Assembly: GCA_963678065.2 (NCBI GenBank)
Contig: CAXXVZ010000005.1
Location: 992,001 to 1,056,000 of the forward strand
Source: Treponemataceae bacterium
GTDB taxonomy: Bacteria > Spirochaetota > Spirochaetia > Treponematales > Rectinemataceae
Reading direction: 5' to 3'
DNA: 64,000 nt
The notes under the pieces were generated by a model that made no database searches, was not told where the DNA came from, and saw only the letters and a list, made by a program, of their open reading frames with translations. Position numbers and translations under genes: made by a program. Of this stretch, positions 47,889 through 56,563 are shown in pieces (the stretch's first letter is position 1; every line of letters begins with the position of its first letter).

Positions 47889-49040
47889 CTATTTCTTCAC
47901 AGACTTCAGGTAGTCAGAAAGGAGTATGTCTCGCCCGTCCTTGATCGCGAACATCCTCGCCTCGCGGATGCCCTCACCATTCCCGCCGCGGAAGTCGAAG
48001 GTTCCGGCGAGTCCCTCCAGCCCGTAAAGGTTGGCAATCTGGTCGCGGACTGCAGTGCCATCGACGCTCTTGGCGCGCTTGAAGGCTTCCGCGAATATCT
48101 TCACGGAATCGTATGCTCGTAGGGCTGTCTGACTGTCGGGCATTCTGCCAAACTCGGCGACGAAGGCTTTGAAGAAGTCCTCGTGCATTTTGTTGATCGC
48201 CAACTCGGGCTTGGCCGGAATGACGTACGATGAGCCGAAGACCGACCCGTCGGCGTCCCTGCCCGCGACCTCTTTGACGGATGGTACGGAGAGACTTTCA
48301 GGCCCAAACACAAGGCCGCTGAAGCCGTTCAGCCTGGCCTGCTTGACGATCGGTCCCTGGTCGGCGTCGACGCCGAAAGCGATCAAGGCTTCGATCTTCG
48401 AGTTGAGCAGTTTCGTGAGCTGGCCGGTGAAATCCGTGTCGCCGGGGTTGAACCACTCGGCCACAAGCTGGATTCCGTACGTGTCGAGCTGCTTCTTGAC
48501 GTCCTCGACGCCGCCCTTGCCATACTCGTCCGACCGTCCGAGAGCGCCGACCTTCTTGTACTTGAGGTCACTGATCGTCTTCGCGATCTGGATGTTGATG
48601 AGGTTGGTATTCGCCAGGGGCCTGAACAGGTAGGTGTAGCCCTTCTGGAGCCATCCGGGACTCGTACCTATCCCGATTTCGGGCACCTTGGCCTTCTCGG
48701 CGACAGGCGCCGACGCGAGGATATTGCCGGAGTGCAGCGACCCGACGATGCAATTGACCTTGTCCGCGGTTATCATGCGCGTCACGGCCTTCACCGCCTC
48801 CTCGGGGGATGAATTGTCGTTGTAGGCGACGAGGACGAGCTTCTGGCCATTCACGCCCCCCTGGGCGTTGATCTGCTTGATGGCCAGCTCGGCGCCTTGT
48901 CGGGAGGCGATCCCGGAGAGGGACATCGGTCCGGCCAAGGGGCCATAGAAACCGATCTTGATGGCTTCCTGAGCGACGACGGGCATCGCCAGCAAAGCGC
49001 TTGCGCAGAGGCACAACAAAAGGCTTCTTCTCAACTGCAT
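47889..49040 (-). CDS. LIV-type ABC substrate-binding protein
   Basis: Signal peptide; IKIGFYGPLAG, AIKQINAQGGVNG, GDTDFTGQL. Confidence 0.93.
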   Translation of the reverse strand: MQLRRSLLLCLCASALLAMPVVAQEAIKIGFYGPLAGPMSLSGIASRQGAELAIKQINAQGGVNGQKLVLVAYNDNSSPEEAVKAVTRMITADKVNCIVGSLHSGNILASAPVAEKAKVPEIGIGTSPGWLQKGYTYLFRPLANTNLINIQIAKTISDLKYKKVGALGRSDEYGKGGVEDVKKQLDTYGIQLVAEWFNPGDTDFTGQLTKLLNSKIEALIAFGVDADQGPIVKQARLNGFSGLVFGPESLSVPSVKEVAGRDADGSVFGSSYVIPAKPELAINKMHEDFFKAFVAEFGRMPDSQTALRAYDSVKIFAEAFKRAKSVDGTAVRDQIANLYGLEGLAGTFDFRGGNGEGIREARMFAIKDGRDILLSDYLKSVKK

Positions 49041-49095
49041 CTCTACCTCCCTGTGGATAAATTCTTTTGATTTATCCTACAATATGACTAATAGC

Positions 49096-49125
49096 ATAAT
49101 ATGTCCCGTTTTTTCGTTTTGTCAA
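49096..49125 (-). promoter_or_regulatory. Putative internal sigma70 promoter for the transporter/catabolic operon
   Basis: TTGACA (49125-49120)-18-TATTAT (49101-49096); degenerate operator-like TTATCCTACAATA just downstream at about 49072-49084. Confidence 0.55.
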
Positions 49126-49162
49126 ACTCTTTTTTCCGCATCAGAATTGCCACTTGCAGTGC

Positions 49163-50257
49163 TCATTCTCCCCTGATGTCCGGATCAAGAATCAGCGCGT
49201 CGCGGATCAGCGCGACGAGATCGTCGTAGCTCTTCAGGAACTGCCTGAGCGTTCTCCGCGTCGCGCCGAAATAATCGAAGTCCGCCACGGACAGCCCCTT
49301 CTCGTCGTAGGCTCTGCGGAAATCAGGGTACTTTTTCTCCAGTTCCCCCACGATGCGCGGATCGACAGGAACACTCATTCGATCATTCACCGCCACATCG
49401 CTGACATTGAAGCGAAGCTGCCACTCATAGGGGATTGTCATACTGATTTTTCCCCCGATGAACTCCGACCATTGCATGTGATTCCGGTAGGCCGCAGTCA
49501 GCAACCTCGTTCTGTAGCCTCTTTCCGTGTATAAGGCATAGGCTTTCTTCACTACCGCGACTCCCGCCCACTCCAGATTTCCAGGATCCGTAATTATTCC
49601 TTTTTTGTCGGTGATCTTCTTGAGCCAATCATCCAGGCGCCCCGCCATGATCGCGCACATGGGACTCATACCGGCCGCGTCTTTCCCTTCCCGTTCGCGT
49701 CTGCATAATCCTCTTTCGGTGGCCTCCGCCACGGCCAGCGCCTGAGCGACGGTGAAGCAGACGGTGGCGTTGGTACTGACACCGAGGTAGGTGAGCTGTT
49801 CTATGGCATCCATGCCGGCACGTGTCGCGGGCAGTTTAATGTTCAGATTGGGCGCTATGGCGTTCAGACGGAGCGCCTGCTCCACCATCCGGCCGGCATC
49901 GCGGAAGTATTTCGGGTTGGTCTGTACAGAGAGCCGTCCCTTCTTCCCCCTGGACGCCTCGAAGATCGGAAAAAGGAGAGCGGCACCCTTCGCCGCCATT
50001 TCTTCGATGATCGTCCACGCAATCTCATCCTCGGTGCAGGATTGATTGGCTTTTATATATTCCCGTATCCGGGGTTCCCATTCCGGAAACTCCTTTTTGA
50101 GAACCGTCGCGACGATGACAGGATTGGTCGTGGCGCCTACAGCCCCGTTCTTGATGGCGTAACTCATCTCGTCGATCGCGCACGAATCGTTCCAGAACTC
50201 CGTCGGCGTCTTTCGCGACATCAAGGTCAGCGGATAGACCGATGGCATTGCTTCCAT
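49163..50257 (-). CDS. Transaldolase-family protein (non-canonical active site)
   Basis: FWNDSC, GATTNP, Schiff-base IKLPAT, NATVCF, GRLDD, AAYRN; SD GGAGG before ATG 50257. Confidence 0.88.
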   Translation of the reverse strand: MEAMPSVYPLTLMSRKTPTEFWNDSCAIDEMSYAIKNGAVGATTNPVIVATVLKKEFPEWEPRIREYIKANQSCTEDEIAWTIIEEMAAKGAALLFPIFEASRGKKGRLSVQTNPKYFRDAGRMVEQALRLNAIAPNLNIKLPATRAGMDAIEQLTYLGVSTNATVCFTVAQALAVAEATERGLCRREREGKDAAGMSPMCAIMAGRLDDWLKKITDKKGIITDPGNLEWAGVAVVKKAYALYTERGYRTRLLTAAYRNHMQWSEFIGGKISMTIPYEWQLRFNVSDVAVNDRMSVPVDPRIVGELEKKYPDFRRAYDEKGLSVADFDYFGATRRTLRQFLKSYDDLVALIRDALILDPDIRGE

Positions 50258-50336
50258 ACCCCCTCCCCGATCATGGCACAGACATCTCTCCGGGTTACGG
50301 AGAGAGACATAATTGATATTTATTGCACTTATTGTT

Positions 50337-50353
50337 GTATTGTCCGACAATAC
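50337..50353. promoter_or_regulatory. FadR/GntR-type operator
   Basis: Perfect palindrome GTATTGTC-C-GACAATAC in an AT-rich divergent spacer, downstream of minus-strand TTGACA (50386-50381). Confidence 0.8.
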
Positions 50354-50612
50354 TATTATTGTCTATCCTGATTCCGATTCTGTCAAGATTTTTCTTTAAA
50401 AACGGAAATATCATCCAATATATTATCGCATCAGCTTTTATTGATTATCAACTCTCCCGCATCGATCCGAATAATTTTCAGGGAAGGTTCCATTCACGAC
50501 TTTGTTTTTTCGCCAGAAAAAAAGCTTGTGCTATCATGATGATCCGTATTATACTTTCCTAGTCTTAATCCGCGTTAAGCGGTCCAAATCGTTACCGTAT
50601 AGAGGCGCGAAC

Positions 50613-51356
50613 TTGATAGATAACCCAGCCAATATCCAGATCCGCCAGAAAACCATCGTCGAACAAGTCATGGAACGGATCAAGGATTTCGTCGCTTCTG
50701 GGCAGATCAAGCCTGGCGATAAGCTGCCGACAGAACTGGAAATGGCGAAATCGTTTGGCGTCAGCCGCTCCTCCATCCGCGAGGCCATCAAGATATTCAC
50801 GTATCTCGGCGTGTTCGAAACGCAGACAAGGCGGGGCACGATCCTCTGCGACCACTCAAGCATTTCCAACGAGGCCCTCACGTGGACCTTCCTTCTCGGG
50901 AAGAAGGAATTCGATGACCTGATCGATCTCAGAAAGGCCATCGAGCAAGAGGCCTGGATCATGCTCTGCGAAGCGCGGAAAAAGGACAAAGAATCGACCC
51001 AGAGCACAGTCGATAAGCTCAAGGCCGAGGTCGAGAGCATGAAGAGCGCCGTGCAGAGGAAGGAGATGGATGAGCTCGAGGGCGCCGATTATCGATTCCA
51101 CCAGGCGGTGATCGACTCTTCGCAGAATGAGCAATTCATCATTCTCTTCCAGACACTGAAGGCCTTCACTCTCGAGGAGATCCGTAAGTCCAACATCTAC
51201 CGAAACATGTCACCATCGATCTGCACCGAACACATGCAGATGCTGAACGCGCTCGAATCCGGAGACATGGAAAAGGTATTGAAACTATTCCGGGCGCACA
51301 TCAAGAAGACAAAGAACAATATCAAGGCCTTGGTCTATTCCACGAAGAAACAATAG
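50613..51356 (+). CDS. FadR/GntR family transcriptional regulator (FCD domain)
   Basis: GDKLPTELEMAKSFGVSRSSIREA; DYRFHQAV; EHMQML; TTG start inferred from SD AGAGG. Confidence 0.93.
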   Translation: MIDNPANIQIRQKTIVEQVMERIKDFVASGQIKPGDKLPTELEMAKSFGVSRSSIREAIKIFTYLGVFETQTRRGTILCDHSSISNEALTWTFLLGKKEFDDLIDLRKAIEQEAWIMLCEARKKDKESTQSTVDKLKAEVESMKSAVQRKEMDELEGADYRFHQAVIDSSQNEQFIILFQTLKAFTLEEIRKSNIYRNMSPSICTEHMQMLNALESGDMEKVLKLFRAHIKKTKNNIKALVYSTKKQ

Positions 51357-51380
51357 AGTCGGCGGTCTCTCCACTTCTAT

Positions 51381-51415
51381 AGTCCTGCCTGATCCCGCCG
51401 GCGATGGCAATGCGC
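51381..51415. repeat. 35-bp direct repeat, right copy
   Basis: AGTCCTGCCTGATCCCGCCGGCGATGGCAATGCGC. Confidence 0.95.
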
Positions 51416-51424
51416 GTCACCGTT

Positions 51425-52309
51425 TTATTGCTGCTCCGCGTGCCGTTTCGCGACCGGCACGATGCCCGCCATGTCGCCGATGACATTGACGAGATCCCCG
51501 TTGGCGGGCAGGACGATCTTGGCGTTGTTCTTGAGCGATTCCTCGACAGTCTGGAGGCGTTTCAGGAGCTGTGCGTTGCCGACGAAGTACATGTTCGCCG
51601 CCTCGTTCACGAGCTTGATCGCCTGGGCCTCGCCTTCGGCCTTGAGTATTTCTGCCTGCCTGATGCCCTCGGCTTTCTTGATCTCGGCGCGCTTCTGGCC
51701 GTCGGCCATTGTCTCTGTCGCCGTGGCGAAGTCGATGGCCGCTATCTTTTCGTTCTCGGCCTTGACGACCTTGTTCATGGTCTCCTGGACATCTTTGGGC
51801 GGGTCGATCTCCTTGAGCTCGGTGCGCACGACGTCGATGCCCCAGCTCTTCGTCTCGTTGAGAAGCGTCGCGAGGAGCTCCGAATTGATGCGCGAACGCT
51901 CGCTGTTGGCGCTCTTCAGCGTCATCGTGCCGATGATGTTGCGCAAGGTTGTCCGGGCGAGGTTGACGATCTGCCACTGATAGCGGTTCACGTTGTACTG
52001 GGAAGCCTTGACGCTCTCTTCGTCGAGCTTGACGCGGAAGTAGACCTGCGCGTCGACGCGGGCGTTGAGGTTGTCGTTGGTGATGATTTCCTGCGGCTCG
52101 GCGTCGACCATCTGCTCGGTGGTGTTGACCTGGAACATTCTCGTGATGACCGGAATGATCCAGTGGAAGCCCGGCTCGGCGAAACCCTTGTACTTGCCGA
52201 GTGTTTCGATGAGTCCGCGGTGCGTAGGGCGGATTATCCTGATGCCGGAAAAAAACAGCACGACGATCGCGGCCAGAATGAAATACAGAAAGAATGATGA
52301 AACTGACAT
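51425..52309 (-). CDS. SPFH/band 7 (stomatin/QmcA-like) membrane protein
   Basis: N-terminal TM; LGKY...PGFHWIIP, QEIITNDN, TTLRNIIG, WGIDVVRTELK, AEG repeats. Confidence 0.92.
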   Translation of the reverse strand: MSVSSFFLYFILAAIVVLFFSGIRIIRPTHRGLIETLGKYKGFAEPGFHWIIPVITRMFQVNTTEQMVDAEPQEIITNDNLNARVDAQVYFRVKLDEESVKASQYNVNRYQWQIVNLARTTLRNIIGTMTLKSANSERSRINSELLATLLNETKSWGIDVVRTELKEIDPPKDVQETMNKVVKAENEKIAAIDFATATETMADGQKRAEIKKAEGIRQAEILKAEGEAQAIKLVNEAANMYFVGNAQLLKRLQTVEESLKNNAKIVLPANGDLVNVIGDMAGIVPVAKRHAEQQ

Positions 52310-52507
52310 GACTCCTCCGGCGCGATCCGAACCCGGATCGCGCTAGTTCAACAGTACGACTGCCCGTACCGCAGGTCAACTCTGGATGCTAAAAAAACTT
52401 CGTCGCTTCGGCTTTTGCGACCCCGGCCGTCGTCGACCCGGGAATCCGGCCTTGAGGCCGCGGATCATCCCGCCAGCCGACAGGAGAATGCACATCCGGC
52501 TACGGAA

Positions 52508-54340
52508 CTACTTCTTGTCGCGCAGACTCGTTTTGCGCTCCATGGCCGGAAGAATCGTCTTGCGCAGGCGGATGGATTTGGGTGTCACCTCGACCATCTC
52601 GTCTTCCTGCAGGAGCAGAACAGCCCGTTCGAGGGTCATGGCCTGGATCGGCGTCAGGGTCAGGGCCTCGTCCTTCAGGACCGAGCGCATGTTGGAGAGT
52701 TTCTTTTCCTTGGCGGGATTCACGTTCAGATCCGAATCGAGGTTGTGCTCGCCGATGATCATGCCCTCGTAGACCGGGTCCCCGGGAACGACGAAGAGGC
52801 GGCCGCGCGGCTCGAGGTGATAAAGGCCGTAGGTGACGGCCTTTCCGCTCCGGTCGGACACGAGGAAGCCCGTGAAGCGGTCGTTGAAGTCGCCGCGGTA
52901 TTCCTCGTATCCGGAGAGGTAGGAGTTCATGATGCCCGTTCCCTTGGTGTCCGTGAGAAAGGTGTCGCGGTAACCGATGAGGGCGCGCGCCGGAACGGAG
53001 AACTCGAGGTGCACGCGGCCGCCGTCGTGACAGGTGTAGGAAAGCATGCGGCCCTTGCGCGCCGACACTTTGTCCGTGACGATGCCCGCGAAAATCTCGT
53101 TGCAGTCGACGAAAAGATGCTCGATGGGTTCGAGCTTCTGTCCACCCTTGTACTTGAAGATGACTTCGGGCCGGCCCACGCAGATCTCGTAATCCTCGCG
53201 CCTGAGCATCTCGATCAGGATGACGAGCTGGAACTCTCCCCTGCCCCGGACGATGAATCCGCCGCCGACCTTCGCCTCCTCGACCTGGATGGACACATTT
53301 TTCAGGGTTTCCTTGCGAAGCCTTTCGAAGAGCTTCATGGACTGGACGTTTTTGCCCTCAAGACCGGAGAGCGGCGAGGTGTTCACGGTAAACAGCATGG
53401 AGACGGTCGGCTCGTCGATGACGATCCGCGGCAGGGCCTTCGGAGCGTCGCGGGTGCAGATGGTGTCCCCGATGTGGACGTTTTCGATGCCGGAGAGGAC
53501 GATGATGTCGCCGGGCTCGGCGCCCTCGGTCTCCACGAGCTTGACGCCCGAGTAGGTGTGCAGCTTGGAGATGTTCAGGGCCTCGCGGAGATCGCCCTCC
53601 CCGATGCAGACGAGGCTGTCTTTGGAGTGTGCCCGGCCGTTTATCACCTTGCCGATAGCCTGACGGCCGAAGTAGTCGGAGTAGGAAAGGTCGGAAACGA
53701 GCATCTGAAAGGGTTCGTCCGAAGTGTAGGCGGGAGGATCGAGCTTTTCCACGATGGCATCGAAGAGCGGATGCAGATTGTCGCCGGGGCCCTCCAGGGT
53801 ATTCTTCGCGATGCCGGCCTTGCCGATCGCGTAGAGCAGGGGGAACTCGAGCTGCTCCTCATTCGCGCCCAGGTCGATGAAGAGATCGTATATCTCGCTC
53901 AGGACCTCGGCGGGCCGCGCGTCCGGCCGGTCGATCTTGTTGATGACAACGATGATGGCGAGGCCCCCCTCGAGGGCCTTTTTCAGCACGAAGCGGGTCT
54001 GCGGCAGGGGTCCTTCGGACGCGTCGACGAGGAGGATGGCGCCGTCCACCATGGACAGCGCCCGCTCGACTTCGCCGCCGAAGTCGGCGTGGCCCGGGGT
54101 GTCCAGGATATTGATCTTGATGCCTTTCCACACGACCGAGCAGTTTTTCGCGGCTATGGTGATCCCGCGCTCGCGCTCCAGGTCCATGCTGTCCATGAGC
54201 CGCTCCGGCGCTTCCTGCCCTTCGCGGAACACGCCGGACTGTCTGAACATGGCATCGACGAGGGTGGTTTTCCCGTGGTCGACATGGGCGATGATGGCGA
54301 TATTCCGGATGGCGGGATTCGATGCGTCTTTATGGAGCAA
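52508..54340 (-). CDS. typA: Translational GTPase TypA/BipA
   Basis: RNIAIIAHVDHGKTTLVD, ERERGITIAAK, DTPGHADFGGEVER, GRGEFQL, VEVTPKSIRLRK. Confidence 0.97.
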   Translation of the reverse strand: MLHKDASNPAIRNIAIIAHVDHGKTTLVDAMFRQSGVFREGQEAPERLMDSMDLERERGITIAAKNCSVVWKGIKINILDTPGHADFGGEVERALSMVDGAILLVDASEGPLPQTRFVLKKALEGGLAIIVVINKIDRPDARPAEVLSEIYDLFIDLGANEEQLEFPLLYAIGKAGIAKNTLEGPGDNLHPLFDAIVEKLDPPAYTSDEPFQMLVSDLSYSDYFGRQAIGKVINGRAHSKDSLVCIGEGDLREALNISKLHTYSGVKLVETEGAEPGDIIVLSGIENVHIGDTICTRDAPKALPRIVIDEPTVSMLFTVNTSPLSGLEGKNVQSMKLFERLRKETLKNVSIQVEEAKVGGGFIVRGRGEFQLVILIEMLRREDYEICVGRPEVIFKYKGGQKLEPIEHLFVDCNEIFAGIVTDKVSARKGRMLSYTCHDGGRVHLEFSVPARALIGYRDTFLTDTKGTGIMNSYLSGYEEYRGDFNDRFTGFLVSDRSGKAVTYGLYHLEPRGRLFVVPGDPVYEGMIIGEHNLDSDLNVNPAKEKKLSNMRSVLKDEALTLTPIQAMTLERAVLLLQEDEMVEVTPKSIRLRKTILPAMERKTSLRDKK

Positions 54341-54526
54341 GAGGGATTCCTGGTTTCGTTCGATTCGGCTGAGGATGGAACCATCATAGCGAGAAGCGCG
54401 GGGTTCGAATAGCGTGGGAGTTTATCGGGGTCTGGATTGGGAGATACCTGCGATCCGGGCCCCGAAGCACGATGCAGGAATAACCTTTTCTTGTTCATAT
54501 CCCGAATTTCGGAAATGCGCTCCGCG

Positions 54527-55015
54527 CTAGCGGTGATTCTTCAGTTTTTCCGCGAGAGCGAGCCTCGCATCGCGCCGGATGCCCGCCTGCTCATAGCGGC
54601 GGACCTGATCGGGCGTTTCGGGGATGACAGGCCGGACCCTGACGGGTTTGCCTTCCCGGTCTATCGCCACGAAGGTGAGATACGCCGGGCATATCAATCT
54701 CTCTTCCGTATCGCCTGGCATCAATCCCGTGACGCGCACGCCCACTTCCATCGAAGTGGTAAAAACACGGTTCACCGATGCCCGGATGGAAAGAATGGTC
54801 GCTTGGGGAGCGGGATTCTTGAATACGAGCTGGTCCACCGACACGGTGACCACGCTATTCCCGGAATGGCGATACGCTGCGATTCCAGCGGCCTTGTCAA
54901 CCAAGGACATAAGGTGGCCGCCGAACACCGATCCGTGCACATTCACGTCGAATGGCTGCACTATCTCCGTCGTTTCCACGAAGGAAGACGATACGGGTTT
55001 CCCTTCCTGTTCCAT
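54527..55015 (-). CDS. Acyl-CoA thioesterase (YciA-like hotdog fold)
   Basis: NVHGSVFGG, VVTVSVD, TSMEVGV, LTFVAID. Confidence 0.92.
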   Translation of the reverse strand: MEQEGKPVSSSFVETTEIVQPFDVNVHGSVFGGHLMSLVDKAAGIAAYRHSGNSVVTVSVDQLVFKNPAPQATILSIRASVNRVFTTSMEVGVRVTGLMPGDTEERLICPAYLTFVAIDREGKPVRVRPVIPETPDQVRRYEQAGIRRDARLALAEKLKNHR

Positions 55016-55294
55016 GGTACCTGCCTGAAATATGTATCCGGTCGCCGCGGCCGGAGAAATGGGCGTCTTTTGCCTTCAAAGAATACCTTTTCCGCGCGTA
55101 CTTTCACAAGCGACATCGATGGCAGCAAAGGCAAAAAGCAGTACAGCGCGCTACGGCAGCAGACGACCGAAAGAACGGGCGCGGTCAGGAGAATTCTCCG
55201 CCCTTCGAGCGAGGTTCCGCTTTCCCGGAAAGGCAAATAAATGCCTCGAAGGGCACGGCATCGGCACTTCGACCTCTTGTCGCGTCGCCCGGGA

Positions 55295-56500
55295 TCAGGC
55301 GGTCCTTTTCTTTCCCTGAACGTTGAGGACGGCGAAAAGCGCCGCGCAGACGAGACAGACGCCGAAATCCGCGAGGAAGCCCGCAGTCATAGTCGAGGCC
55401 TGAATCACCGCGCCGATGATGAAGGGACCGGCCGATTGGCCTATATCCATGATCGAACTCAGCGCGCCCATCGAGGCGCCGAGATTCTCTCTCTCGGCCA
55501 CGTCGGAGACGTAGGTGCTGGTCGCGACGGTCGAGAATGAAAGCCCGACGCCGAATACGATGCCGATCGCCGTGGCCGCTGCGATTCCTGAAACCACCGG
55601 GATCAGGGCGAAGGATCCGCCGAGGACGACGATGCCGACCAGAATCTGGATACGGCGGTCGATACGGTCGGAAAGATGGCCGAAGAAGGGTTTCGTGAGG
55701 GCGATCGCCAGTATCTGGAGCGAAAAGATAAACCCGATCTGGTAGGGCAGGAGACCTTTCCCCTGGAGATAGAGAGGAAGGTAGGTTTCGAAGGCTCCGT
55801 AGGTAAAATACGTAGCCATCTCGACCAGGGCCGTACCGAGCAGCCTGCCGTTCGTCACGAAAGCATGGAGGCTCGAGCCGAAATCCCCGAGTGTCACTCT
55901 CTTGATTCCCGATTCGGCCGATCTGTCGTTCGGCATCAGGAACGAAAGGATGAACACGGGAATGGCGAGGATGAAGGCCGCGGCATAGACGAGTCGGTAG
56001 TTCCAGCCGCCGGAAAAAGTCGAGAACAGGGAGATTATCGCCCCGCCGAGTATCGGCGCGAGGGTCCGCCCCACGAGGGTCGCCGAGGAATAGATGCCGA
56101 GCATCTGACCCTTCTTTTCTCTGTATTCGCTCAGGATAATGGCCGCTGACACGGGACCGAGAATGGCCGTCGCGATGCCGTGGAAGAATCGGATGGGAAT
56201 GAACCACCAGGGACTCGCGACGAGAAGGTAGAAGAGCGGAGCCAAAAGAAAGACGAAGGCGGAAACGATGAGGAGCCGTTTTTTGCCAAGCCGGTCCGCG
56301 AGGAGTCCGACAGGAAAGCTGAAAAGGATTCCCGCCAAGGGCGATATGGCCGCGATGATGCCGATAACGTCGGTCCCCGCGTTCATCGATCTCATGAAAA
56401 GCGGCAAAACGGGATTTTTCGAAATGGTGGTCGAAAAGATTCCGAAGAATCCGACCGTCGAAAGAAGCGATATGACGGTTGCTTTCGTTTTTCCTTTCAT
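55295..56500 (-). CDS. MFS transporter
   Basis: Multiple TM helices; motif A GLLADRLGKK and GHLSDRIDRR. Confidence 0.93.
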   Translation of the reverse strand: MKGKTKATVISLLSTVGFFGIFSTTISKNPVLPLFMRSMNAGTDVIGIIAAISPLAGILFSFPVGLLADRLGKKRLLIVSAFVFLLAPLFYLLVASPWWFIPIRFFHGIATAILGPVSAAIILSEYREKKGQMLGIYSSATLVGRTLAPILGGAIISLFSTFSGGWNYRLVYAAAFILAIPVFILSFLMPNDRSAESGIKRVTLGDFGSSLHAFVTNGRLLGTALVEMATYFTYGAFETYLPLYLQGKGLLPYQIGFIFSLQILAIALTKPFFGHLSDRIDRRIQILVGIVVLGGSFALIPVVSGIAAATAIGIVFGVGLSFSTVATSTYVSDVAERENLGASMGALSSIMDIGQSAGPFIIGAVIQASTMTAGFLADFGVCLVCAALFAVLNVQGKKRTA

Positions 56501-56563
56501 GACCGATCTCCACGCGATGCTGAACCTGCGTCAGGGATGGCAGAAGGCCATCCCCGATCCCGA

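Noticed and set aside
38336..50257. Canonical myo-inositol, apiose or sulfoquinovose pathway
   Set aside because: No recognisable iolB/C/D/E/G, apiose isomerase or apulose kinase, or sulfoquinovosidase/SQ isomerase in the block; only partial analogy.
55281..55300. Third, inverted copy of the 35-bp repeat
   Set aside because: Only about 11 bp (CGGGATCAGGC) match, overlapping the MFS stop codon; compatible with chance in GC-rich DNA.
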